Origin: Haliotis rufescens
Taxonomy: Eukaryota
Reading direction: 5' to 3'
Length of the DNA stretch: 64,000 nucleotides
Assembly (NCBI RefSeq): GCF_023055435.1
Contig: NW_025964334.1
Coordinates: 57,846,001 to 57,910,000 of the forward strand
Shown: piece after piece, positions 37,487 to 50,109 of the stretch
Layout of the letters: the number at the start of each line of letters is the position of its first letter
Position numbering within the stretch: position 1 is the first letter of the stretch
Translations under genes and position numbers: made by a program
The notes under the pieces: model-generated
The model's input: only the letters and a program-made list of their open reading frames with translations
Databases searched by the model: none
Told to the model about the DNA's origin: nothing

Positions 37487-38033
37487 TAGATTCAAACCAA
37501 TGATTAGTACATTCTGTTTGTGTTACATTTGTCTAGGAATGCCAAGTTGCAAACATTTAGACCACTTTGCTTAAAGTACCACCTGGATATGCAGTTAATA
37601 CATATATCATCCCAGCTATCATGTATCTGCTGTATACACCACCACTGAGTGAGTAGCTAACAGATAAGTCCATGTTTTCCTGGTTAAATATCATAATGTA
37701 TAACCTCCTCATTCACCTGCCATCTTATCAGTCACACAAAATATAGATAAATGTACAATCAATTAATTTATCAGTTGACTGAACTGACATCATTCCTCTG
37801 CAGCAGCAAGGGGGATATATTGTGTACTGCTCATTATTTGAAGCAAAGCACATTCAACAAAACATAATACCCATCTAACAAAGAAAAAGCTATACTATCT
37901 GCATAGGTTTATAGTATTTTATAAATATCTAGTTCTAATAAAGCCATATTGATTACTAGACCAAAAGATTCTCAATTGGAACAAAGGATATCCATGACAA
38001 CGTCATCAAGAGTGTTAACTTCAAAAGTAACTA

Positions 38034-38394
38034 CCATATTCGACGTAATAAGCGCCTCGCTCCAATAAGCGCCCACTGCGATATTTGCTATAATGAACAA
38101 TCCCAATTAGCACCCCTTCCGATTGATCAATGTACACAAGACGTATTTAATTGTGCATAATACGCACTCATGTGTCATATGCACCCTTAGTTATGGGCAA
38201 TTAAATTCTGGAAAATATATTTGCTGTACATACTACGGACATACTTTTCTTCTGTATCATTTCAGGCTGTCAGCATAAACCACGAAATTTACGATCTTTC
38301 AACTGTTTTTTTCTCTCACCAAAATTATAATCTAATAAGAGCCCCCTATTTCTGATTTTGAGAGCGCCCCAGGTGCTTATTATGTCGAATACGG
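38034..38394. mobile_element. pogo/Tigger-like MITE
   Basis: TA + CCATATTCGACGTAATAAGC ... GCTTATTATGTCGAATACGG + TA. Confidence 0.75.
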
Positions 38395-38628
38395 TAATAG
38401 TTTTTCCCTATTTGCCTGGCCTTGCACTTGGTTAAGATCCTAGATAAATCTCTGACCATACATCGGTAGAAGCTAACATTTTCAGTCCCCTAGTCCTCAT
38501 AATGATAACATATAGCGAAACCTTTAAAAATGGCAAATTTCTCTACTAATCCTTGTGATACCTAAAGTAATGGGCAATTTGGCAAGGACTTTAGGACCCG
38601 TGCAAATTTCTACCGCTGACAAACTCAC

Positions 38629-38784
38629 CAAGAGGTCCTCGGCATGTTGGACAAGAAGCCAGTTTCTGACGACACGTCTGGCACACGATATGACCACTTT
38701 GACATTGCATGATGGGAGGAAGTGCATAGTCGAAGCAGACGGGGCATTCGAAGTAGCTGGCGAGGTCGTTATTGTTGGCATTTA
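38629..38784 (-). CDS. SIAH1: SIAH exon 2, RING domain ([16 protein letters not shown]...CPTCRGPLG)
   Basis: Within ORF 38591..38857; tttcag|TA ... G|gtgagt. Confidence 0.97.
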
Positions 38785-39929
38785 CTGAAAGTAAGAGAGG
38801 TTGAAGATAAGCGGAGGAAATAAGAGAGGATATCCACAATGGTACCAAAATGAGCAATGGTTGTACGTTTAACAGCTATGAGACATGGGGGTTTAGTTAA
38901 CTCAAAGAGAGATATATGTTGATCATCTTGGAAGCCAAGATTTAATCTCAGAGTGCAGGAAAAGGAGTTTCAGGGGTGAGTAGTTCTAAAATTTTCAGAG
39001 CCCCGCTAGGTGGTTAGATAAATCTCAGGTACGGACACTTTTCAGCTAACACCATTTAGTTGTATGCCAGTTAGTTTGAAGAAGGGCCAGTAACTTTAAA
39101 GGAGCAAGGCCTGCTGGCTACATACAAATTTGTTGTTAAATATACCCTTGTTGTCACAGCAACAGATGTAAGGACTGAAGCATGTGGCATGATCGTTAAT
39201 TGTTCTCGCTGGTGACCAAAACAAAGCATAGACATTATATATGGCTTTAAGTGTATCAACACACAAGAGATTAAGATGACATTCCTGGCCATATTTCTTT
39301 AGGTTAACTTTTTTAAGTAACAGTGGAAGAGTGGGAGGTTCAGGGGACACAGGTTCAGTTATGAGAAGAGTTCTCATGTCCAGTTTGGTTTAATTAAGAG
39401 TGAGCAAGCAGTGAATTGTCAACATCCCTTACTTCTGAAAATACAACATGGTCCATCTTCCCGAGGCAAGGGAGTTAACAGACTAAAAAAGTCCAGTTTC
39501 CACCCTTGCAGAACTAGGTAGGAATTTCGGAGTTACAATTTGGCTAGACTAACGAGTCTATGCATAATCTAATCGAAATCGCGTGACGAACTTGACATCC
39601 AGTGTAAACAACATGGATTTAAATAGGAGGGACATAGAAGGGACTTAACTCATAACTGCCACTGGTGGCACTATGATTGATCCACACAATTCTAGCCAAG
39701 TTAATCAAGGAAGTAAACTGGACTTTTATAGTCATTTAATGCCCTTGCCTCAGAAGATGAACACTGTCATACACATAACTAAACTGATTTAAATAAGAGT
39801 GAGCTATGTGATGAAGCAAGTGTGTTATGCTTATGCCGCTTGACAAGTTGAACAACATTTTAGTCCACTGAATCATGATCATCAGATCCTGGGACTTGAT
39901 GCGTCATGATGTCCTAAGACTGGACTCAC

Positions 39930-39984
39930 ATGGCGGGGCGAGTCCACGTCCTTTCCCTCCGGACGTAGGCTGCCTGTTCATCAT
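39930..39984 (-). CDS. SIAH1: SIAH coding exon 1 (MMNRQPTSGGKGRGLAPP)
   Basis: Acceptor ttgcag at 40001-40000, donor T|gtgagt. MNRQ resembles the SIAH1 start MSRQ, and phase 1 joins the next exon in frame. Confidence 0.75.
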
Positions 39985-40938
39985 CAGGGTTTCTGCGATC
40001 TGCAAACAATCAGTCCTAGGTCAGCACAATAACAAACTTCAAGACATGCATAGCAGGAAATAACAGGCCCAACCCAATTCAAGTAATATAAACAGATTTG
40101 TAGATCATGCTTACAGAATGTATTTCCTTATGATCAGGAGGTTCATTTATCTTACAATATTACATTACCAGCAAAACAAACAAAGTAAACTTCAAAGAAA
40201 TACAACCATAATAAATTCTAACAAACAAATTTCATAAACAACCAGCAATGGTCTCTAAGTTTATACCCTAGAAATGACATGGCCGCTATGGCTTGCATGT
40301 GTCAGCCTTGGGACTCCATGCTCTGCATCATATTTGGATAATTTTGTATTGACTGTTACATTTTACATCACATTTACTTTGTGATATTTTGCAAATGCAA
40401 AATTACTAATAAAAAGGATACACACTTATTAAACAAATGACAGTATAGATCCATGGTATTGTATTCTTATTGTCTATAGTATATGGTACACTTCACATGC
40501 ATGATGTCTCATACTAAACTGAATATACCGGTATATCGTCAGTGTGTGACAAACATATTCATCAGCCAAGAGTTTTCTAGTAAGCCTTCAACTGTTCGCA
40601 AGTATTTCTTTCACTATTTTGTACAATATAAGAAATCATAATATATCAGAACCAGAATCAACTATACTAATAAATAATCAGAATACCAAAGACAGAGCAG
40701 CTCACCCTTGGCGTCAATGTGTTGAAATGATCATGTTCAAGTGAGTGATGAACTTTAACACACAATAAACTGATTGAACAGAAGATGAATAATGATATTA
40801 GTGTTATTAGATCATGTAGACTGACTTCTGCACAAATGAAAGTTTTAATATCATAAATACAAGATGCCATTTAGCATGTTTAGAATTTGTTAAAAAGAAA
40901 AGCTAAACTAAACATTAACCCACATCTGATTTCATTAA

Positions 40939-41276
40939 AGGTGAGGTGAGGTGAAATTGGGTTTCATGTCGTATCCAAGATTATTGCACTTATATAGCGA
41001 TGTGCAAGCACAAGTGTGTGTGTGTGTGTGGCTGCTTGTACTTGTCCGGACTAATGCCAATTAATAGTGCTAGCTCACTGAGATACCATGCCGCACTCGG
41101 ACACAGTATACTGACTCTGAGCCGTCCAGTCCTTGTTTTAGCCCCTTAATGCAGAGTGCCAGACAGGGTAACAAGTACCATCTTTTAACGTCTTTTGGAA
41201 TGAGGCGGCTGGGGATCGAACCCTCGACCTGCTGCTCTCCGGGCTGACACTCTACCACTAGACCACGGAGGCCGTC
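40939..41276 (-). mobile_element. SINE family A
   Basis: Full length; TSD gatttcattaaa. Confidence 0.9.
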
Positions 41277-43714
41277 GATTTCATTAAAACAATATGTCAG
41301 AAGTAAAATATGTAAGATGTACTGAGACAAAAGTTTAGCATAAAGTAGGTATTCTTTGAAAAATAGAAGTATCTATAAATTAAAAACCCAATTTTGTTGC
41401 CATGGTTGTAGGCAGGGACATATTGAACATGGGCTGGTTTGTTTTCAGTGCAGTGCTAATCTTTGCAAACTGACGGCCGATGGATGACGGGCATGAACCC
41501 AAGGCAAAACCTCACACTGACGATGTCAAGATGAGCTCAAAACAGAAACCAATTGACATCATGAAGAAGCACTACAAAGCAAAATAGCAAATAATTATGG
41601 TACAACTAAATATTGATGGGAAAGAGAAGTGCAGTAATGTACAAATGCTTTCATATTAATCATGATTACTTGATAATCATGACAACAACCACAGCATTCA
41701 GCGTAGATAGAGCAACTTTGTAGACAGTTATCACAATGTGCATCACATGATAAACAGTGCAGAAACACCACAAGATTTACTTCCACCTCCAAACGGCATG
41801 GCAGACAAAGCCAGCATTTAGAAACTAAGGCCTGATATTCGTTAAACATGGTATCTATTTAAGCCTCATAAAAGAATAATTCTATATTTGCTTAAGTCAT
41901 GTGTGGACTAATAATGCTAATGACAGCATGAATATATGAAATTCAAATTATTTACGGCTGCTTCAGATTTTCAAACTGTTACTAGTACCCCTTCAACACA
42001 AATCGACCAATGATGGTTAACAAACCTGTTAAATATCAAGGTTGGTATTTTGGTATGGTTATACATAGGTGCAGATACAATACAACTTGTGGATACAACT
42101 TTATGCATTAAGATACAACTTTTGGATAACTCAAAAGGAGGTAAAATATTACAGAAGTATGTGATATTTACTAGTAAAGGATCATAAGTGTTTGTCATCT
42201 ATAGATATCAAGCAGTAGTTTGAATACTTTTCGTTCAGATTTTAAGTTACGTTTAAAGCTGCTTTACATAGTTTTTTTAGTTATTTCATGCTTGTTAAAT
42301 GAGTAATAATCAACTTTACATTACTTTCCATAATTAGTAATGATTAGATTACAGCAGTTCTAATTCTTTAAGTGACATTTCGAAGTTGTAAGGATGAACA
42401 AGGGAGAGAGTTCTATGGACATAAAACTTCTTTATTAAACAGTTATAGTATCTACACTGATATGTTGCATCCATGTTTTAATAAATTAGTTGTATATCCA
42501 TAGAACTATCTCCCTTGTTCAGGAATTTTGTTAAAAGACAGAACCTCCCATTTCACATTCAGCATCAACTTATTATTCTAGCTCCATATCCTGAAGATAA
42601 TGCCTTAATCATCATAATATGGATCGTGATTTTTTTACTTCTCGATACAAGTATTGATCACACTCACATAATAAGTATAAAATATCCATTCTTACTTTAA
42701 ACGTGTACTTTTATAACTGTTACACCAAACATGAATTAGTGGGGAAAATGTAAATATTTTCATCCATTGTGCAATACTTGACACACCCAGCAGGAAATTA
42801 TCAGAGTGCCAGGTTTTTGGCCATCTTGTCTATGAAAAGATGGTTACCCACCAGATATAAGAGCTCATGCTGGTTTCGTGATATGTATCGGATCGCACAG
42901 TTGGTTATTAGTCCCAGCCCTATATCTTACCATATCTATGATATCAGAACCTGTCCACACATCTTCCCTAGTAGTCATGTTAGTAGGACTATTCTCTCTT
43001 ATCACAAGCCAAGAGGCGTGACAGCAAAACATTATTTTGACTTTGTAAAATACGGTCCCCAGAGGTATTATGTGGGATCAAACATCCAAACAACAGAGAT
43101 GTATGAACTCGGACCATAGAGCAAGAAGTCTGCACTTACAATTTCTCAGACCAGCAGAAGTGTAGAGGTAACATATAATACCTTACCTTCAATTTCCTAT
43201 CAGGAGACTTCATTACACATGCATGTAGATTGAAAAGGATTAAGAAAATTGTTATGTCATAAAGATTATGACACAGACTAAAATAAGGAACTGAAAAGGT
43301 AAGTTATTCTCACGTAGATCATATTGATCTCAAACTACTTTCTGTCGATCACAACACCGATACAACTATCAGCTCCGTTTCTACACCAAACGTATCACTG
43401 ACAGATATACTATATGTGTGTACAGGAAGATTAAAAAGAAATGTGAAATAATTGATCAGATCTGAATAAAATCATATGCGCTAATCACAAATGAGTCACG
43501 AAAACATAGTTCAGGAATAGGATGCTAGGTTTTCCTATTGACACTTTGTTTACCTTTGCTTTACAACGCAATACTATCGCCTGTAAATGTATCAGCTGAG
43601 CTGCATATTGGAGAATATCTGTCAATATCATCAGATAAGATGCCAAGTTCGATTGATGTAAACACAATGCTCTCCTAAATATCTGAGCTTGCTCAACGAA
43701 AACATTGGAACGGG

Positions 43715-43980
43715 AACATGGCGGCAGAAATGCTCACTTGTCACGGCCTTTGGCGCAATAACATCGTGATGGCTAGAATATATTTAAGTATTTTCTGATT
43801 ACAAAATCACTGAATAATATAGCTGCAATACTTGACCCACCGTGGCCTCCACTATGATGGTTTAGGTGGACAATTTTGACAGACGAATAAAGGGTCAGTG
43901 TTCCCCTGAATCTGTACAATACGTCATCACAAATTGCGTATCACAATATTTAGGCAGCGCCATCATCGGCAATTTATATC
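43715..43980 (-). promoter_or_regulatory. Candidate SIAH promoter and non-coding first exon
   Basis: Donor CAA|gtgagc (GT at 43737-43736), YY1-type AACATGGCGGC at 43715-43725, half-CRE near 43921, CpG-richer patch. Confidence 0.45.
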
Positions 43981-45284
43981 TCAAAGAGAGATAACTCCAC
44001 GAGCACCTGTCCTAAGGTTCATTGAATTGCTGCGAGTAAAGAACCATAGGTTCGAATACCAGCGAATTTATCTTTAATCAAATAATTTTCACATTGAAAT
44101 ACCCAAGCTTTGTCTTAATTTGAAAATATACAAATATCTTGTAACAACATAATGGCCATAATTTATTTACGGTTCGTCAAAGAACGTGTGAGTGTGTGTA
44201 AATATTTATCTTATGTCTATAAATGTATTGAACAAAATCTGCAGACGTAGCATAATTATTTTCTGAAACTTCAGCGTGTAGACATACATGGGCATACCAT
44301 CATACCATCTTCGGAAACTGACAAAATAGTAATTTATTTTAAATGGAAACAACCAGAAACACCTTCTCACAATTCAATTATTCGTTTATGAATTTGACCC
44401 GCGGTGACGCAGAAGGATAGACTAACATGTAGACTCTGAAATGAACATGTTTTACATAAAAATATCCAGTTCTTAAATTATAGTTATGAAATATTATAAA
44501 AAGGGGCCCAGAGACTTTCTTCATTCCCGATACTGCAGTAATCTAGACTTGCTAAACATTATAGTCTTGCTTGGGCTCTATTGGATATATTTGTTTCAGG
44601 GTCTGTACGAGAGACTAGCGGAAGGACATTTGCACGAGTAAGAAATTATTAGTCATGGTTATGTTTTGCATGATTATGTGAATACAATCTCCATCATATT
44701 GTGTTGTTTTGTGACGTTGTTTTGAACAGTATTTCAGCCCGGGGTGAAGCACTTTGGTGAACACGAACACGGGTATGGTGCTGACAAACCTACGAACATT
44801 ATCAGGACGACTATTGGTTTCCAAATCACGATCATATTTTTTAGCATGCCTAAGGGACGCAACTCTGCACAGAGAATTGCTGAATGGGCCACCCATTCCC
44901 CGATTCAACAGGTAGGTTGGAAGATGGGACGGGAGGTGTTTATGCAGGTGAACTGTATCTGGATATCAAAGCCTGGACTTGACCCAACCTTAAAGTAAAT
45001 ACCTTGTTCTCGTGTACCAGTTGTCATCCACATACTTTAGGTGACATCAAGATGACATCCTACCGAGTGGCGACGACGTCATTTTGGTCGCCGATGACAA
45101 CTTCCGATGACAAGATGTTATTTTCTATTGACAGTGAGCTTCCATCATCCCGAGACACCTTCTCCTACCTAGGCGTTAAGTTTACTCACGCGAGCTGGTC
45201 GGTTTTGAACAGCATGTCAGTGGTATCGCGGCGTAGAAGGTTGAACGTCTGAAGTGATGGAAGTCTTTGACATTTATAACTTTA

Positions 45285-45494
45285 TTTTTGTTTTTGTTTT
45301 GTTTAACGTCACACTCAGCAATATTCTAGCTATATGACGGTTGTTTAAATGATCGCGTCTGGACAAGACAATCCACTGACATCATGAGCATTTGGGATAC
45401 GATAACAAGCAAGTCTGACCCCCCGATCCCGTTTGTCGCCTCTTACACAAGCATGGGTTGCTGAAGACCAATTGTAACCCGAATCTTCACGGGT
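45285..45494 (-). mobile_element. Family B
   Basis: Homology, including the head. Confidence 0.8.
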
Positions 45495-45669
45495 TTATTA
45501 CTTTAGTGAACGCACGAGCAGGGTATGGCCCTGACAAACCGAGGATCACAATCAAGGTGAATGTGAGAATCGAACCCACCTCATGTGATTCGGGTCGGCT
45601 AGGGGCCACAACTCTGCACAACGAAATGCGGCACCTCCGACGTTTGGGACACCGGTGCGTCCCGTACGA

Positions 45670-46518
45670 TAGGGTTGCGACCGGGTACGAAAACTGAACT
45701 CGAATACCCGGCAGACAATACCCGAACCGGACTCGAGTACCCGTAGTTCAATGTTGTCCCACTTGTTTGTAATGCTTTTGCGAATAAAAGGTCATCAAAC
45801 ATCTATTAATCTGTTCTAAGGTTTTATGTTTTTTATTAAATGCCTGCACGGCGTACCTAAAACCTCAAGTGACGCAGAATATCAAAGTAATCTGGCGCCA
45901 GTCATTGAGCACTGTCACCAAAACAGGCGTGAGCGGGAAACGGCAAGATCACATGACTGCCTGACACGTGAGTCGTGACATGGGTAATAAATCGATATGT
46001 GTCTGAGTGATCTAGGCTTGTATTGTAATTTGTAACATTGCACTATTTCAGTATTTCGTAAAATGATTTCGACAATAATGACAAACACAAGTAACATTAG
46101 ATTTCACATTTTTATTGAACAGATCAGCAAATTATTGAAAACTAGTTTTATGTTGAAATAGTCCAACAGAACAACTTTTCTGTTTTTTTTATCACGCTGA
46201 AGCATAAAGAGCAAAACTTGCAACTTTGAACAACCTAATTTGTTTTTTAACCGAACAAAAATAAAAAAATCAGTGATCATGAAAAGTTATCAAACGAATT
46301 TTAACTAACACTTGTGGAATGTCATTTGTGAGTTCTTATCACCACAACATGGACTTTCTCATTGTACGCCTGTCTCATGGAAAGTACTAAATCAGATCTG
46401 GTAAGTATCAGATCTAGACTACTGAGAACGGACTTAATTCATGATGATTGCATAACTATCTCCCCTAAACGGGTACTCGAGTCCTGAAAATTGGACTCGA
46501 GTACCCGTCGCAACCCTA
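45670..46518. mobile_element. hAT non-autonomous element
   Basis: TIR TAGGGTTGCGAC; 8-bp TSD ccgtacga / ccgtgcga; subterminal CTCGAGTACCCG repeats. Confidence 0.88.
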
Positions 46519-46560
46519 CCGTGCGAGGTAACAGTTTCACACAATACACATTCCTATGCA

Positions 46561-46713
46561 GGCCGAGAGGGGACATCGCTTTCTCGCCTTCAGTTATGAC
46601 CGCGATAAAGCTGTAAAACGAGACGAGAAAGCGATACGAGACGAGAAAGCGACAGCACGAGACGAGAATCGCTTTCGTAATTGAAGGCGAGAAAGCGATG
46701 TCCCCCCTCGGCC
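46561..46713. mobile_element. Short foldback MITE
   Basis: Arms of about 40 bp, GGCCGAGAGGGGACATCGCTTTCTCGCCTTCA..., around 3 internal ACGAGACGAGAA repeats. Confidence 0.75.
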
Positions 46714-46767
46714 ACAAAGCATTCGGCAGTTGAAGACTCAGTTCTGTGAAAACATTCCCTCCTCTAA

Positions 46768-46771
46768 CACA

Positions 46772-46815
<44 letters not shown>

Positions 46816-46816
46816 C
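46768..46816. repeat. (GCAC)n microsatellite
   Basis: Seen directly. Confidence 0.95.
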
Positions 46817-47466
46817 ACGTACGTTTGTTACATTTTACAAGTACGCACACCCACACACTTTTGGGTAACGGAGTTTTGGACAGGTTGTTCAACTATTTAG
46901 TGACGCAACAATGACAAATACAGAAGAAAGAGAATGCTGTGCTGGAAAAGTGTTTCAGTGTGGTTGACTATTGACGCATGATAAATGACAGTTCCAGCAC
47001 TTCTATCTGAGTCGTCCAAATGTCTTGTCTTGTTTCATGGTGTATAGATCAATTTAGCAGATAAAGGCTTACTCACTTACACAGGAAATGTTGGTGGGTT
47101 TGTCGCCTCCATTTGTTTTGTTCATTGTCACGTGGCAGTCGAGATTGTTGTAAGTTTATTTGGAGGGTTTTTCACTGGCAGCAAATGGTTGAAGAGCTGG
47201 TAAAATATCGAGTGCTGTAGCAGCCAGTTTTGAACAGGAAGCGTGATTAGAGTCCCCTGGTTGTTTATAAACACGACAGCTTCGATCGTTTGACAAGTTT
47301 CGGCCTTTTAGGCCTAGGCGTACATCGCATGCCAAGTACGGACATGATACCTATCTGAAAACAGACTCCAACACTTCTCCGGATTCAGGAACAGAGACAG
47401 GCTTGGTTCAAGACATTGGACGGGGAATAATTATGGACATTCGTGAAAGCACTGACATATGTTGAA

Positions 47467-47752
47467 TGTGAGTGAGTGAGTGAGATGGGTTTAACGCCGC
47501 TTTTTAACAATATTCCAGTTATATCGCGGCGTGTCAGCTTAATGTGGGAGGAAAGCCCGAAGTGATGCAGGTCTCAGACGTTTACCACTTCGGTGAAACC
47601 CACGAGCACGGGTATGGTGCTGACAAACCTAGAAACATAATTGGGGCGAACCGGGATTCGAACCCACAATCATAGGTTTCTGGCGTGCCCAAGGGACGCA
47701 GCTCTGCACAGCGAATCGCGGCGCCTTAGACGACTGGGCCACCCGTGCCCCC
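47467..47752 (-). mobile_element. SINE family D (tRNA-Leu/Ser-like head with long A-B box spacer)
   Basis: GGTGGCCCAGTCGTCTAAGGCG...GGTTCGAATCC; TSD gacatatgttgaa. Confidence 0.88.
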
Positions 47753-47859
47753 GGACATATGTTGAAGGGCTGCTGTTACCGGTTTTTATAGTAAATCTAC
47801 TACTGCGTGGTTCAGTATAATTCACTGGCTATTCAAAAAGAAACGCACAGGTAGTATGT

Positions 47860-48116
47860 TTTGGTTTGGTTCTTTGTTTTGCGCCGCACTCAGCAATATT
47901 CCAGCTATATGACGGCGGTCTGTAAATGACCGAGTCAGGACCAGACAATCCAGTGATTGAGCATCGATCCAAGCAGATGGGATCGATGGCATACTTCAAC
48001 CAAGGCAGCGAGCCTGACCTCCCGATCCCGCTAGTCGCCTCTTACGGCAAGCATAGTCGCCTTTTACGGCAAGCATGGGTTGCTGAAGACCTATTCTACC
48101 CCGGATCTTCACGTGT
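47860..48116 (-). mobile_element. Family B full length
   Basis: TSD caggtagtatgt. Confidence 0.9.
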
Positions 48117-48459
48117 CAGGTAGTATGTAGTTCATTGAACCTGACTACACACAAAATCCGGTATATAAATTGGATATATGTTATTGAAAAATGTAGGCGG
48201 CCTGATATTCGACAAACGGTGCGTCAAAACGCATCCATTGTCGATTTGCAATGTTTTAAACGGCATTGTTTTCACACTTGTTCAAAATCTTTTTTGAAGA
48301 GTGTATGTAACAGTTTCTGGGTAAACCTTTGCGTTTCAATTTGGAAATGACCTTTCAGCATCTCCCACGCAACAGAACTACGTGAGTATAATGTTGGACG
48401 TATTAATACGTCAGTCTGTGCTTCCCACCTAGATAGATGCGTCCACCGCCAAAAGTTAG

Positions 48460-48724
48460 GTTGTTGGTTTGTTGTTTAACGCTGCACTCAGCAATATTCC
48501 AGCTATATGACGGCTGTCTGTAAATAATCTAGTCTGGACCAAACAATCCAGTGATTAATATCATGAGCATCGATCCACGCAATTGGGATCGATGACATGC
48601 ATCAACCAAGTCAGCGAGCCTGACCACCCGATCCCGTTAGTCGCCTTTTACGACAAGCATAGTCACCTTTTACGGCAAGCATAGGTTGCTGAAGACCTAT
48701 TCTACCCCGGAATCTTCACTGGTC
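48460..48724 (-). mobile_element. Family B full length
   Basis: TSD ccaaaagttaggt. Confidence 0.9.
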
Positions 48725-49789
48725 CCAAAAGTTAGGTACAGTTATCTCAAAGACAACCAGAACCTTTCCGACAGAGACAGATATCAGGTTCGCAGATCCA
48801 AGAATCTGCCCTAACAATTTTCCCAACGGACTAGAGTTTGACACAATCCTCGGACACAGTGTTATCTCGTTCCGCCGAAGGCCTGGGTTCCATTCCATAC
48901 ATAGTACGATGTACAAAGCCCCCATTTCCGGTGTTCTCCGACGTCATATTGCTGGAAAACTGATAAGAGAATTCTCATTCAAATCAGAGTTAGTGAGTGA
49001 GTATTGTTTTACGCCGCTTTAAGCAATATTCCAGCAATATCACGGCGGGTGACACCAGAAATGGACTTCACATATTGTACCCATCATTCAAATCAGATCT
49101 TAGTTCTTGCTGCCTCTACACAAAGTTCTAAGGACATCCCATTACTGGTCACGTTTACCCGTTGTGTGAAAGTCATGTTGGGAAAGGTCAAGGTCGACTT
49201 CCAACGTCGTCGGACGATTAAGGTCGACCAGACTGGCAAGTCCTAGTCCTTATGAGAATTTTCATTTTTGACCTTAAATGCGACCTTGAGCACAACACTT
49301 CGGTGTCTTGGCCACATTTCCGACCAAATATCAAAATTGTCTGACGGGTCTCAGACCTTGCCAAACGAAGTTTTAGATTACTTGGACGGCTCTAAGATGC
49401 TTGTATACTGGTTTTTGTCGCCCCCAAAACGCCGCGTGAAAAAGGTGGGAAAGATCAAAACTTTATCGGAGGGTCAAGGTCGACACGCTTGGTGAGTTTC
49501 AAGTCGTTATGACAATATTCATTTCTTACCTTAAATGCGACCTTGAGCACAACACAACTGGCCCCCTAACCCATCGTGAAAAAGATGGCAAAGGTCAAAG
49601 TTCGACTGTTAATGTGGTGGGAGGGTCAAGGCCGACCCGCCTGTCGAGTTCAAGTCTTTTTTTTAATTCATTTTTTTTTATTCACTTCAAGAGTGGTTAC
49701 ATGGCAAGATAAACATCTTTGGTAGACAATAAACATTTGTGGTACAGACGTCAAGTGTTGGCAAAAGATGTACATTCCTGGTATTATTG

Positions 49790-50039
49790 TTGGTTGGTTG
49801 GTTGGTTTGTTGTTTAACGCAGCACTCAGCAATATTCCAGCTATATGACGGCGGTCTGTAAATAATCGAGTCTGGACCAGACAATCCAGTGATTAATATC
49901 ATGAGCATCGATTCACGCAATTGGGATCGATGACATGCATCAACCAAGTCAGCGAGCCTGACCACCTGATCCCGTTAGTCGCCTTTTACGACAGGCATGG
50001 GTTGCTGAAGATCTATTCTACCCCGGATCTTCACAGGTC
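49790..50039 (-). mobile_element. Family B full length
   Basis: TSD ctggtattattgt. Confidence 0.9.
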
Positions 50040-50109
50040 TGGTATTATTGTAAATGTACATAGGTATTATTGACCTTAAATATATGTATGATGCAAAGGA
50101 TGTACAAGA

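Noticed and set aside
44000-44065. B-box-like GGTTCGAATACC upstream of the SIAH promoter candidate
   Set aside because: No convincing A box or cloverleaf; likely a SINE remnant.
49150-49650. TGACCTT-rich internally repeated segment (similar patches near 52810-53030 and 56000-56220)
   Set aside because: Probably decayed Helentron or satellite pieces, but the ends could not be defined.
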